Shown piece by piece: positions 10,080-21,110 of a stretch of 64,000 bases of DNA (its first letter is position 1; each line of letters begins with the position of its first letter). The translations under genes were made by a program, and so were the position numbers. Source of the DNA: Candidatus Krumholzibacteriota bacterium (GTDB lineage: Bacteria; Krumholzibacteriota; Krumholzibacteriia; JAJRXK01); assembly GCA_963764625.1 (NCBI GenBank), contig CAVXTH010000001.1:96001-160000 (forward strand). The letters run 5' to 3'. The notes beneath the pieces were generated by a model, which was not told the DNA's origin, searched no databases, and saw only the letters and a program-made list of their open reading frames with translations.

Positions 10080-10242
10080 CGCGATCCAAGTACGCCTTCC
10101 GAACCCGTACAGCTCGAAGATGCGCGGGGCTTCAGTCTACTCCGTAGCCGACGGTGGGAGTCGGCGGGGTGATGGAGTTTACACCCGTTTTTGCGCTGCT
10201 GGCTACAGGCGAAGCCCTCTTCCCCGTGCTAGATTGGCGGGC

Positions 10243-10917
10243 ATGGATTCCTCGTCCTCCTTCTCGGTTTCGGCCGGCGCACGCGCCACCCAACGCGTGC
10301 TCGGGGTGGTGCGCTTGCGCGCGCGGACCAGCGCCATCTGGCGCCGCACCGCCCTGGAAGATCTGCCGACTCTGCTCGAAGACCACTGTCAGTGCGAGCT
10401 CAAGGCGGCCGCCAACGCGCTGTCGCTCATCGGGCGAAATCCCGCAAAAAATGTACTGGTGGATCGTATGCAACGTCTGGCCAAGGAAGAGTTGCAACAC
10501 TATCAGCTCCTGCGCGAGTGCCTCGGCGCGCGCGCCATCGTCCCACGGAACCCCCAGCGCTCTCCCTACATGAGCGGCCTGCACGCGGCCCATCGCCAGG
10601 GGATCCCCGCTCTTTTGGGCTCGCTTCTGGTTTCGGCCCTGGTGGAGGCCCGCTCCTGCGAACGCTTCGCCGCTCTGGAGGAGGACCTGCGGGAGGCGCC
10701 CGGAATCACAGAAAGGGAAAATTTAGCGCAAATGTATGGAAATCTGGCCCGCTCCGAAAGCGGCCATGCCGCCACCTTCATCGAACTGGCAAAGCTTTAC
10801 TTCGAAGCGGAGTTGGTGGAGGAGGAACTGGAGCGCCGCCTACGCCACGAAGCGACGCTCTTGGCCGAAATTCCCCTGAACGCGCGCATGCACGGGGGCA
10901 ACGGGGAGTCGGCCTAG
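10243..10917 (+). CDS. miaE: tRNA-(ms2io6A37) hydroxylase MiaE (ferritin-like di-iron)
   Basis: DHCQCELKAA, LAKEELQHY, ALVEARSCERF, SESGH. Confidence 0.85.
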   Translation: MDSSSSFSVSAGARATQRVLGVVRLRARTSAIWRRTALEDLPTLLEDHCQCELKAAANALSLIGRNPAKNVLVDRMQRLAKEELQHYQLLRECLGARAIVPRNPQRSPYMSGLHAAHRQGIPALLGSLLVSALVEARSCERFAALEEDLREAPGITERENLAQMYGNLARSESGHAATFIELAKLYFEAELVEEELERRLRHEATLLAEIPLNARMHGGNGESA

Positions 10918-10951
10918 AGGCTCGAAGAGCGCGCAGAAGGACGGCTTCGAA

Positions 10952-11308
10952 CTACTCACGCTCGCGCCACACCACCACCCCGGCCGAGTTCGCGGTCCGC
11001 AGGGCCGCGGGTTTGATCGCGCGGACACGGACCGACTGAACCCGGGTGTTCTCCAGGCAGATTCCCGCCACGTCCCAGGCCACCGCTTCCAGAGTGAGAC
11101 GTTTGGCGGAGATCACTCGTTTTTCGACGGAGCTGGCGAGCTTTTCGTAGTCGACGGTGGCTTTCAAATCGTCGTGGCGTCCCGCGTCCTCGAGATCCAC
11201 CGTGAGCTGGAGATCGAGCACGATCTCCTGGGGAAATTCGCGCTCGTGGTCCTTCACCCCGACGATGCCGCGGACCCGTAAACCCTCGATATGAATGAGA
11301 TCAGGCAT
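10952..11308 (-). CDS. folB: Dihydroneopterin aldolase
   Basis: IHIEGL..RGIVGV..HE...PQ, DDLKATVDY, LEAVA, KPAA. Confidence 0.92.
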   Translation of the reverse strand: MPDLIHIEGLRVRGIVGVKDHEREFPQEIVLDLQLTVDLEDAGRHDDLKATVDYEKLASSVEKRVISAKRLTLEAVAWDVAGICLENTRVQSVRVRAIKPAALRTANSAGVVVWRERE

Positions 11309-11326
11309 TGGGCGCCCTTGCCCGTT

Positions 11327-12109
11327 CTAACCGCCGAAGAAGCTATAGCCCACCGAAATGACCCCATTCCACCCGCTGAAATCCCACCCGACGGTTCCCA
11401 GCGGCAGTTGCTGGGAATCGGAGGTGCCGTTGATCGTCGTCTCGGTGGTGGTGCCGGTGGGATTTCCCATGTCGAGGTAGCGATAGCCGCCGCGGAAGGT
11501 CACTTTCGTGCCGGCCACGAAATCGAAATGATAGCCGACGTAGCCCTGCGCGCTCACGCTCGAGCCGGTCCAAACCCCGTGGTAATGGGTGTCCGAATCG
11601 GGATTGAGTTCGCTGACGATGTCGACGACCTCGTTCATGTCACACCACCCGTACCCCAAACCGCCACCAAAGAAGATCCCTTTGTCCAGCGGGGGGTACC
11701 AGGTGAGGTTGAACGTGACGTCCTGCATTTTGGCGTGGGTGTTTTCGAGGAAGCCCGTGAACTGGCCACGGGTTCCGGCGTAGGTGTTGTTGCGCAGACC
11801 TTGCGATTGGCGGTTGTACTCCACCGAGACCGCGAGACGATCCATCATTTGATAGGCCAGTCCGCCCCCCAAGCTTCCGGTGAGTCCGAAGATCTTGTAG
11901 TTGGCCAGAACGTAGCTATCGCGCAGAAAGCTCTCGTTCTGCTCGAGGGACTGATTGACGGAATCCAAGCTCATGTTCAGGCCGCCGGCCAGACCATATA
12001 AGGTTAGGCTTCCCTTGGCTGGAAGGGACTGGGCGGGGGCATCGGGGACATACAGAATCAGGCCGGTCAGCACCAGCGTCAGCCCGATCCACACTCGATT
12101 CGCTCTCAC
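11327..12109 (-). CDS. Outer-membrane beta-barrel protein (OmpW/PorT-like, small)
   Basis: GTG after an AAGGAG RBS; signal peptide; amphipathic strands (FGGGLGY, RGGYRYL); aromatic C-terminus. Confidence 0.7.
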   Translation of the reverse strand: MRANRVWIGLTLVLTGLILYVPDAPAQSLPAKGSLTLYGLAGGLNMSLDSVNQSLEQNESFLRDSYVLANYKIFGLTGSLGGGLAYQMMDRLAVSVEYNRQSQGLRNNTYAGTRGQFTGFLENTHAKMQDVTFNLTWYPPLDKGIFFGGGLGYGWCDMNEVVDIVSELNPDSDTHYHGVWTGSSVSAQGYVGYHFDFVAGTKVTFRGGYRYLDMGNPTGTTTETTINGTSDSQQLPLGTVGWDFSGWNGVISVGYSFFGG

Positions 12110-12274
12110 GGCTTCTCCTTCAGCGCGACTGCCAGCATCGCGGCTCCCTCGTTTGAGGTCGAGCCGCAGATAGAGGATGGTAGCACCCCCATAGGGTGGA
12201 GTCCACCGGCCGCAAAAGCAAGGGGCCGCCCAGGCCCCAAGCTTCGCAAGGAGTATTTTCAGCACGCAGAGCCC

Positions 12275-12904
12275 CTATTCCTCCGCATGCCGGTGGGTGG
12301 GGCCGTGGTCTCGGCCCCGTCGCGCCTTGTAGATCAGCCAGCCGCCGAAGTAGACCAACAGCAGCGGCCACCATTCCTCCATCCAGCTCAAGGACCAATC
12401 GAAACGGGTGTGGAGGAAGAGAACCAGCCCCAGGAACACCAGGACCAGGCCCCAGGGTACGCTGCCCCGGCTGGGCAACTCCAGATCACGCGGCAGCTCC
12501 TGATGCAGCGGCCGTCCCAGCAGAAACTGATTGTAGAGGGCGGCGCGCCGATAGGCATCGATGATGCCGAAGAACCACCAAAAGCCGAGGAAGATGGCCA
12601 GGAACGGCTCCAGGCCGTGGAAACCCTCCGACGCCAGGAGCGCGATCACGCCGGCGAACACCAGAGCCTGCACGAAGCCGCGCTGATAGTAGCCGACGTA
12701 GACGTTTCCGAGCCCGGGGATCATGGCCGAGAGAAAGGCGGCCCAGCCGGGAGCCTTCCGTCCGAGCGACGGATCCATCGCGGGAGGAGGGCCGGCCGGT
12801 GGCCACTGGCCACCGGGGTTCGCCGAGCGCGGAGGCGCCTCGGGGTTGCCGGGGGAAGAAGCATCGGGGCCGTAGCCGCTCTGATACTCGTGACTGTCAC
12901 TCAT
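12275..12904 (-). CDS. Membrane protein, TM2-like plus LiaF/DUF5668-like helices
   Basis: Own RBS AAGGAG before ATG 12904; LSAMIPGLGNVYVG (TM2-like); WWPLLLVYFG (LiaF-like). Confidence 0.7.
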   Translation of the reverse strand: MSDSHEYQSGYGPDASSPGNPEAPPRSANPGGQWPPAGPPPAMDPSLGRKAPGWAAFLSAMIPGLGNVYVGYYQRGFVQALVFAGVIALLASEGFHGLEPFLAIFLGFWWFFGIIDAYRRAALYNQFLLGRPLHQELPRDLELPSRGSVPWGLVLVFLGLVLFLHTRFDWSLSWMEEWWPLLLVYFGGWLIYKARRGRDHGPTHRHAEE

Positions 12905-13783
12905 GGTTTGCTCCTTGCCTTGGGAGTGCGGGATTAGCGTTCGATCCCGTGCCCGTTGAATCCTCTTGCAATCGAGGGTGGCGCAACCCGCGCCAGAAAA
13001 GATGGAAACCTTCGTTGATATTTTGGAGGGCCGGCGCGACCGCGGAGTTCTTGCGACCCAGGACGAGGAAGCCAGAGTCTCGACTCCGCCCATCAACTCG
13101 CGCGCGCCGTACCAGGCCTCGCTCCGCGCACCGAAACGGTGCAGGATTCCGTTCTTGCCCGTACGAAGGCGCCGTCCCGCAGGAACGATCGTCCGGTCAA
13201 ACGCTTCGCCCGCCAGAGGTTGGAGATCTTGCGGGAAGGGAACCCCGGCCATGACTGCCTCCTGACCTTCCCCCTTGAGCCAACTCAAGCTGTGCTCCGC
13301 GACCGAGTGGAAAGGTGATAGCGGAGTTCCCACGAGCAGGAATGCGATCAAAGTGGCCACGTACGCGGCTTCCAGGGGAAACAGCGGACGCTGGAGAGCC
13401 CGACGCCAGCGCGCCTGCGCAGCGGCAAGAGCGGTGAGCGGGAGATCGAGCACGAGGCGTACGCGCTCGCGCAGGCGCAGCCGAAATCCTTGCATTCCCT
13501 GCGGCGCTCGGCTGGTGCGCGCGAAGATGGCGGCGGTGCATTCTTCGCCCGGGTCTTCCTCGACCATCGCGGGAAAGACCTCGTTCAGCCAGGCCAGGGC
13601 CTGCGCCATGCCGCGGCACTCGTCGCAGTGCTCCAGGTGGAGTTCGACCAATTCGCGCTCGGCCGCGCGTAATCCTCCCGCGTCGAAGGCCAGGAGCCTC
13701 TGCTGACAGCGGGCGCAGCTCTTTCCGGAGGTGGCGGCGAGGATGGCATCCGTCAACCGCTCGTCATCTCGCGAGCGATTCAT
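12897..13783 (-). CDS. zf-HC2 (ZAS) anti-sigma factor, one probable indel near 13070
   Basis: HLEHCDEC (HxxxCxxC) and a TM helix; RBS GGAGG before ATG 13783. The alternate frame after ~13070 ends at a TGA overlapping the next start. Confidence 0.75.
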
Positions 13784-14356
13784 GGTGTCCCTCCTGCCGC
13801 TTCGGGTCCGGCGTCTCATGCGTTGGATCTGTCCCGCTAAGGCCAGCCGCGCGCGGCTGCTGCGCGACTTCACCGTCCCCACCGGGAGGTCGAGCATGCT
13901 CGCGATCTCCTCGAAACTGAGGCCTTGAATGTCTTTCAGAAGCAGAATTTCGCGGTTGATCTCGCCCAGCTCGGCCAGCGCACGATGCACCAAGCGCTTG
14001 CGGGTCTGCAGAAACGCGACTTCGTCCGCGGCCAAACCGGGCGCGGCGAGTTCGTGCATCTCCTCGATGGGGATGTCTTGGGCGGGCGGGCGGGCTTTCT
14101 GACGGCGGAGGAAATCCCGGCAGGCATTGCGGCTGATCTGGAACATCCAACTCTCGAAGCGGTTGGCGTCCTCGCAGCGATCCAGATGCCGATAGATCTT
14201 CACGAAGATCTCCTGCGTCAAATCCCTCGCGTCGTCCTGGCTGCCCACGAAGTGGTAAGCGAATCCGCAGACGCGCGTTTGATAGCGGCGGACGAGGGCC
14301 TCCCATGCCATCTCATCACCATCTTGGCAATGCCGTAGCAGCTCAGAAAGATCCAT
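13780..14356 (-). CDS. ECF sigma-70 factor (SigW/RpoE-like), probable indel near its 3' end
   Basis: DARDLTQEIF, FESWMFQISRNACRDFLRR, GLSFEEIASMLDLPVGTVKSR. A 1-bp shift near 13817 restores an ATGA overlap with the anti-sigma gene. Confidence 0.88.
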
Positions 14357-14640
14357 GAGGTCTGTGTCTCGCCCTCGTTTCGAGGAACTCCGTCCGTCCC
14401 GGGTCCTTTGCGCTCACCCCTTTTGCCGCCTCATCTTCCCCCAGTTCTGAGGGGAGAGGAAGAGTCCATCGACCCTGGGCGTGGGGAGAATCCCTCCGAT
14501 CCTGTCACATAGAGAGAGACGCACGCCGGGGTCTCAGGGTTCGGTCCCTTGGGGAACGCCAGGAAGCAGTTCCCTCCCAGCCCGAATTTGCTACTCTTTG
14601 GACCTGGGCCCGACTGTTTTCACACCCGAAAAGGTCCCCC

Positions 14641-17071
14641 GTGAACGAACGCGCGCGATATTCGAGCCTAGAGCCCGTGCCGGGACTCGCCTCGCCGGGC
14701 CCTGGCCTCTCCCGCCCCAGTTCGGGCATCAACGATCTGGTGTGGAGGCTGTGTCTGGTGACCGCCGGGGCGTCGCTCTTGGCCGCGATCTTCCACCAGG
14801 TTTTCGGCCACGGCTCCATTTTCGGCGTCTGGTTCCTCGCGATGCTCAGCGGCCTGGGTTGGCTCGCCGCGGTGCGCATGCTGCTCCTGGACACCCGCCT
14901 TCGCGTCGCCTGGATCATCTGGCTGGCCTTCGGCGTTCTCATGCTGGCGGTGACGAACTCGGCTGCCATGGCGCGCTTCACCGCCTTCACTTTCCTGCTG
15001 CTGCGCCGCTATCGACCCTTCCGTCAACTCAGTTCCGCACGGCGCGCGAAACTCTTCGGACTCGCGTTTCTGTGTTTGCCCCTGCTCATCGCAGGAGTGT
15101 CCACCCAAGAAATGATCGGCGAGTTCGCCAGCATGGGACGACATGTGATCCGCTACGCCGTCTTTTCGTTGGCCGTGTTCTGGATCATGACCATTCTGCA
15201 GCTTGCGTTCCGGGCGCGTCTGCATTTCTTGCGGCTCAAACCGAAACTGGCGATCGCGGTCCTCTTGATCGCCTTCGTGCCGCTGGTGCTGGTGGCCACT
15301 CTGGGAACCCTCGTGGGTTACGGCGCCCTCGGGGGCCGCTCCGCCGACCGGGGGGGAGCCATCCTGAACGACTGGTGTCGTCTGGTCGATGAGCATCCGG
15401 AGAATGGCTTCTTGGTCTTCGGTCCCGGGTTCACCGATCCGTCACTCACTACTTCGGCTCCCGCGGGTTCGTCTGCGGCCCAGATAGAAGCTCCGTATTG
15501 GACGCAGCAGCTCAGGGAAGCGCTGGCGAAACCGGCGACCGGCAGCTCCTGGGCCGCCACCGACACTACCGCATTTTTCGTACTCGGCAAGGAGATGTGG
15601 CTCCTGCGACTCCGCGGGCTCGACGAGAAGAAGACCCCGCAACTGCAGGGTTGGCCGGTCCGCGAGAAGCTGATGGACCATCTCTCTTCACTTCTCCATT
15701 CGAACGCGCGCCTGGCCCTGAAGGTTCAGAGCCCAGGCGCGTTTTTGGGAAAGGCCGATACCGCCGCGGGCGACGTGGTGGTCGACGGTCACTATCACGC
15801 GCAAGCGGACTCCTCGGCGGGCTTATTCGAGCGTCCCCTCTATTTCGGTGGCACCCAGCTCAGCGCCATCGAACTCAAGAACGACAAGCTCAGTCGCGAA
15901 TCCGTCCTGCTCACCTTCAGCGTGAGTCTGGCCGATCTGGGCCGTGATTTCGTCTCGGGGAACAACGAGATCAGCCAGGGAATGGTCTTGCTCCTGGCGG
16001 TCCTGGCCGCGCTTTTTCTGTTCGTGGAATTGGCTTCGCTCTTCTTCGGCCTGCGCATTTCCACCGGAATCACCTCGGCGGTCAAGGTATTGCACCGGGG
16101 TACCGAGGAGCTGGCCCGCGGCAATCTCGACACGCACATCAGCGTGCCGAACGAAGACGAGTTCGGCGACCTGGCGGCGTCCTTCAACGAAATGACTGCA
16201 CGCGGTGAAGCAGGGACAGCAGGAACTCCTCGAACGCGAGAGGCTTCAACGCGAGCTTCAGACCGCTCGCGAAATCCAAATGCGCCTTCTCCCCTTCGCG
16301 GTGCCTCAGCTCGAAGGGTTCCAGATCGCGGGAATCTCAGAGCCCAGTCGCCAGGTGGGAGGCGATTACTACGATTTCCTCCGCCTGCCCAATTCGAATC
16401 TGGGAGTTGCGGTGGGCGACGTATCGGGTAAGGGAATCCCGGCCGCTCTCTTGATGTCGAACTTGCAGGCGAGCCTGAAGGGGCAGGTGTTGCATGGTGG
16501 TCGGTGTCCAGGACCGTGTCCCTGGTGAATCACCTGCTGGTGTCTTCGACCGACACGAACATGTTCGCCACCTTCTTCTACGGGGAGCTCGACCCGCGTT
16601 CGGGCACCTTCACTTCCAGCAACGCCGGCCATGATCCGCCCATCTTGTGCCGGGCGGATGGCAGCATCGAGCGCATCTCCACCGGAGGCCTCATCCTGGG
16701 GATCGTGGACGAGACCGACTACGAGGAAGTGACGGTGCGCATGAACGAAGGGGACGTACTCGTCATCTACACCGACGGGATCACCGAGGCGCAGGGTCCG
16801 CTGCCGCTGTTGCCGCCGCCGAAGGCGGGAGAAGATGGAGGCGCGTGGGCGCAAGCAAGGCGGCGGTGGCACCACCGATGATTTCCAAGACGACCGCGTC
16901 AACCTCTTCGAGGAAGAGCGACTGATCGACGTGATCGTCGCCAATCGTCACCGCAGCGCCCAGGACATGGAGCGCGCGATTCTCGACGCGGTCAAACGGC
17001 ACACCGGGAACATACCGCAGTCGGATGACATCACCCTGGTCGTGATCAAGCGCGTTTCGAAGGCGGCCTAG
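14641..17071 (+). CDS. Membrane HAMP + SpoIIE/PP2C phosphatase (RsbU-like), split by about 3 indels
   Basis: Multiple TMs; HAMP (GNLD...DEFGDLAASFNEM); VGGDYYD, DVSGKG, NAGH, YTDGITEA, QSDDITL distributed across three frames. Confidence 0.85.
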
Positions 17072-17105
17072 AGCGCCGCTAATAGTCCAAGATCTCGCGC
17101 GCAAC

Positions 17106-17711
17106 CTACAGCGCCGAGAGCAACTTCTTCTTCATGTCCTTCGACGCGGGATATTTCCCGAACCACACGCTCCACAGGGCCTGCGCGAAGACCGGGTTCT
17201 CGATGACTCCGAGTTCCTTGCCGTTGAGCGAGGTGTGCAATCCACTTGTGGATCATAGTCGAAGATGAGGAGGTCCTTGTCCTGAGGGTCGCGCGTCCAG
17301 TAGCTCTTGAAGGTCTTCATCGCGTCGGCGAAGGAGTCCATCTTGTCGCCGTAGTTCTTCTCGAGTCCTTCATCGAAAGAGTGGATGAGCTTGTCGCAGG
17401 AAAAGCTGCGACGCATGTCCATCTGCGATTCGCTTGGGGACCTTGGCCATGACGAGACCCGCCGCGGGGTCAGCGCCCAGATCGGCGCCCTTTTCCACGT
17501 ACGAGACGATCGTGTACACGTCGACCTTCATGAAGGTCTTCTCGCGCAGAGCGGTACCGGTGGCGACCAGCGTCACCGGTTCGCCGTCGAACTGGACCGT
17601 GATTTCGTCGGGATAGCTCTTTCCGCTCTTCTCTTCGGTGATGGCGAAAGCGAGCTGGGGAAGTGCCACGAGCGCAAACAAGACGGTTATGAGCAGGGAT
17701 CGGGTCTTCAT
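17106..17711 (-). CDS. Chalcone-isomerase-like secreted protein (Chalcone_3), 2 indels
   Basis: Signal peptide; GTALREKTFMKVDVY; C-terminus NPVFAQALWSVWFGKYPASKDMKKKLLSAL* read manually across frames. Confidence 0.75.
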
Positions 17712-17893
17712 GGGAGAGTTGCCCCCTTCTCCGGCATGGGATAGGGAATTGGGCCGGCCCTTTGGCGGACGCGCACCGAGCATAGCCCGAGTAGGCCCTT
17801 AGGTCCATTTGGAACCCGCAGGGCGGGGTCAGGGTTCCAGCGTCCCACACGGTTGCAGACAGGCTCTCGATGCTTGGGCTAAGGTGAAGCGTC

Positions 17894-19222
17894 ATGAGTC
17901 TCTTCGACGTCGTCGCCATTCTGCTCCTTCTGACCGCGGTTATCGGCTATCTGAACAGCCGCTACCTGCAGCTGCCGCCGTCGGTGGGACTTCTGATCAT
18001 CAGCCTGGGCAGCTCGCTGGGGGTCATGCTGCTGCACTGGGCCTTTCCCGGCCTGGGACTCATCGCGGTGATCCGCGACTATTTCGACAACATCGATTTC
18101 AACGAAGCCCTGATGCACGGCATGTTAGGCTTCCTCCTCTTCGCGGGCGCGCTGCACGCCGATCTCGACTACTTCGCGCAACGGCGCTGGACCATTGCCC
18201 TCTTGGCGACGGTGGGACTTCTCATTTCCACCGCGTTGATCGGTCTGATGAGCCACTTCATTTTCGCGTGGCTGGGGTATGCCGTCCCCTGGCTGGTGTG
18301 TTTGCTCTTCGGCGCGCTCATTTCACCGACCGATCCCATTTCGGTCATGGGTACTCTGAAGACCCTGCACGCCCCACCGCGACTGGAAGCGAAGATCGCC
18401 GGCGAGTCGCTCTTCAACGATGGCGTGGCGGTGGTGGTGTTCACCGCACTTTTGGAGATGTTGCATTCCTCGATCGGAGGCTCAGCCGTTCCGCTGGGCG
18501 CCGCAGCGACGCACGGAGCAGTGGCTGACTCGCTCGGCGTAGCCGCCGCGCACCTTCATGCCAGCGGACCTCTGGGAGTGTTGGACATCGCCTGGCTTTT
18601 CGTGCGCGAGGCGGGCGGAGGAATCGTTCTCGGTTTTCTCTCGGGCTTCTTGGCCTACCGCATGATGCTGGCGATCGACGACTACAAGGTGGAGGTGTTG
18701 ATCACCATCGCTCTGGTGATGGCATCGTACGCACTCGCGATGCGCCTGCACATTTCCGGATCCGATTGCGGTGGTGGTCTCGGGCTCTTGATCGGCAACC
18801 GCGGGCGCAGCTATGCGATGAGCGATACGGTCGCCGACTATCTGGAGAAGTTCTGGGAGCTGATCGATGAGATCCTGAACGCGGTGCTCTTTCTGCTCAT
18901 CGGAGTGGAAGTCATCGTGATGAACTTCCAGGCGCGCGGGGCGCTGGCCGGGCTGATCTCCATCGGAGTGGTTTTGCTGGCGCGCTTCGTCTCGGTGGCT
19001 CTGCCGATTCGCCTCATGCGCCGCTGGGCCGACTTCTCTGACGGGGTGATCCGGATCCTCACCTGGGCGGGGCTGCGCGGGGGCATCTCGGTGGCTTTGG
19101 TCCTCTCGCTTCCGCCGATCCCCCAGAAGCAGCTGCTCCTCACCTGCACCTACGTAGTAGTGCTGTTTTCGATTCTGGTGCAGGGAACGACGGTTTCTAG
19201 GGTACTGAAGAGGTATTTGTGA
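17894..19222 (+). CDS. nhaP: Na+/H+ antiporter, CPA1/NhaP family
   Basis: ISPTDPISV, IAGESLFNDG, WAGLRGGISVAL; about 12 TMs; short compensated frameshift near 18760. Confidence 0.9.
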   Translation: MSLFDVVAILLLLTAVIGYLNSRYLQLPPSVGLLIISLGSSLGVMLLHWAFPGLGLIAVIRDYFDNIDFNEALMHGMLGFLLFAGALHADLDYFAQRRWTIALLATVGLLISTALIGLMSHFIFAWLGYAVPWLVCLLFGALISPTDPISVMGTLKTLHAPPRLEAKIAGESLFNDGVAVVVFTALLEMLHSSIGGSAVPLGAAATHGAVADSLGVAAAHLHASGPLGVLDIAWLFVREAGGGIVLGFLSGFLAYRMMLAIDDYKVEVLITIALVMASYALAMRLHISGSDCGGGLGLLIGNRGRSYAMSDTVADYLEKFWELIDEILNAVLFLLIGVEVIVMNFQARGALAGLISIGVVLLARFVSVALPIRLMRRWADFSDGVIRILTWAGLRGGISVALVLSLPPIPQKQLLLTCTYVVVLFSILVQGTTVSRVLKRYL

Positions 19223-19268
19223 GTCCTGCCGTACCGATCCTAGTTCCATGGCGGGCGTAGATTGTCTT

Positions 19269-20461
19269 CTAGTGCCCCAAGAAGAGTGCCTTCAGACCTC
19301 CCACACTTTCCGCTTTTACTGGCACTGGAGTCTCCCGGATGGGCCAGAAGGTGACCTGCTTGAATCTGGAGTCGTCCTTCCCATCTGAGATCCACTCCTC
19401 GATTTGCAGGGAATCCGTCGTTCCCCAATAGCATTGCTGGACATCTGCAAAACCACCCTCGGTCGTCAAGTCGCCGAAGAACAACGAGTGGCCCCCACCA
19501 TTTTAGATGTCGCAATCGCGTAAAGTAATGGAAGCACCCGTTGCTACGTAGACCGTAGCATAGCTCCCTCCTCCAAGATGTAGGTGCGTACCCGTCAGAC
19601 TCGTGTTGGCGTCATCCAAGGAGATCGCGCCTGGCGAGGGTGCCACGTTCACATGGGCCATCGTGACCTTGCTGCCGCTATCGGCAACGATTCGCCAGGT
19701 TTGCAGACTACTCTCCCCGATCTGACAATTGGTGACAGTACCAGTCGATCCGTACTCAAACCCCAGTGCAACACCAACACCTTCGAACTGCAGGTTACTG
19801 TACTCAAATCCATCTGATCCTGTTAGCAACGTGGCTTGCCCTAGAGCGCGAAAAACACAGTTCGACAGCGTAACCCGCGGATTGTGGCCACCGACAAAAC
19901 TCGTGATCCCGTCCATCGAGCCATTGGGGTCCGTGCCTTCGAAAACGCAATTCTGGATCACAACGTCGGGACCATTGTCCAATGCAATCTGCTCATCTTT
20001 GGAGGCTCCAAAGTAAAATCAGTAAATGAGTACGAGAGATCTACCCAAGCCAAAATCGCCGTGTTCTCAAGCGTGACGCTCGACACACTAATTGATCCGA
20101 TATTGACTCCATCTTGCACAATGACACCCGTCGGGTACCCGCTGACGCTCGGAGTTAGGGTCACCGGCCCAATGAAAACACTATCTCTATCAGCGCCAAT
20201 GATCGTCAGTGGAGCGATCTTCGGAATCATGATATCTGCCGAGGTGCCGCCCAGCTGGAATGTGTGTACCTCAAGATCATCCTATCGCCCCGGCTTGATC
20301 TGGACCGTGTCTCCTGCGGCGCACACATCGAGGGCATCTTCGATCACGGAGTAGTCCCCGCTGCCATCTTTGGCTACCACCCAGGTGGTCGCATGGCCCT
20401 CTCCGTAGCTTGTGAAAGCCAGGGAAAGGGTCAGCAGGAAGATACAGCCAAGTTTCTGCAT
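19269..20461 (-). pseudogene. Secreted right-handed beta-helix (pectin-lyase-like) protein, degraded
   Basis: Signal peptide, then TTWVVAKDGSGDYSVIEDA...GDTVQIKPGR. In-frame TAG at 20282-20284, a frameshift near 19970, and an in-frame TAA at 19503-19505. Ends ESVGGLKALFLGH. Confidence 0.75.
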
Positions 20462-20471
20462 TGGTTTTGCT

Positions 20472-20690
20472 CTACCGTACCAGCGTGACCTTCTGTAGGA
20501 ACTCTTGCCCCGCGGCCTTGAACTTCACGAAGTACACTCCACTAGCCACGTTCGCCCCACGGTTGTCCTGCCCCAGCCAGATTGCCTGATGGCGGCCCCG
20601 TAGTCGTGGGCCATCCTCCAAGGTGGCTACGAACCTCCCCCGTACATTGTACACCTCGAGATTCAAGGTCCAGGAATCGACGACATCATG
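20472..20690 (-). pseudogene. Orphan FlgD-Ig / T9SS-like C-terminal domain fragment
   Basis: LEVYNVRGRFVATL..G....G.H...W.GQD..G..VASGVYF...QKVTLVR with no recognisable upstream body. Confidence 0.75.
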
Positions 20691-21110
20691 CTTGCGATGC
20701 TCACCGCAACTGGAGCCACTGCAACTCTGTCCTCGCAGAGTCGAGCCGGTGGAAGCTGGCGGCGAGCATGCTCCGCACGGCTTTGGAGCTATCACGACTT
20801 TCAGGCTCCTCGAATTCATAGCCGGCTATATCAATGTTGTGAAAAAATATCGTATATACGTGCTCCGGTCCGCTCTGGCTGCCCCGCGGGCGCGACCTGA
20901 GCTCACGGGCAAAGTCGCTGCTCGGCTCCAATCGGCGCTGCTCAAGGGAAGCGAGTGGCGGGGGCGGAAACGAGGGGACCGAAAATTCCAGAATTCCGTG
21001 ATTGCTGCTGGCGCTCGATCCAAAATACCACTAGTATGTTTGTATTGCCCCCCCGATGAAACTTCGAGTCTCCGAGCCGTCTGCGCGGGCTCGTTCCGAG
21101 GAGGTCCCTC

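Noticed and set aside
12275-14356. Apparent 693-aa ECF sigma / zf-HC2 anti-sigma / LiaF-like triple fusion
   Set aside because: Each internal part has its own RBS and ATG (13783, 12904), and single-base shifts near 13817 and 13070 restore stops overlapping those starts (ATGA, ATGAGTGA). This is an ordinary three-gene operon with two indels.
20282-20284. In-frame TAG as possible pyrrolysine or stop-codon recoding
   Set aside because: The same gene also has a TAA and a frameshift, and TAG is used as a normal stop by many genes here.
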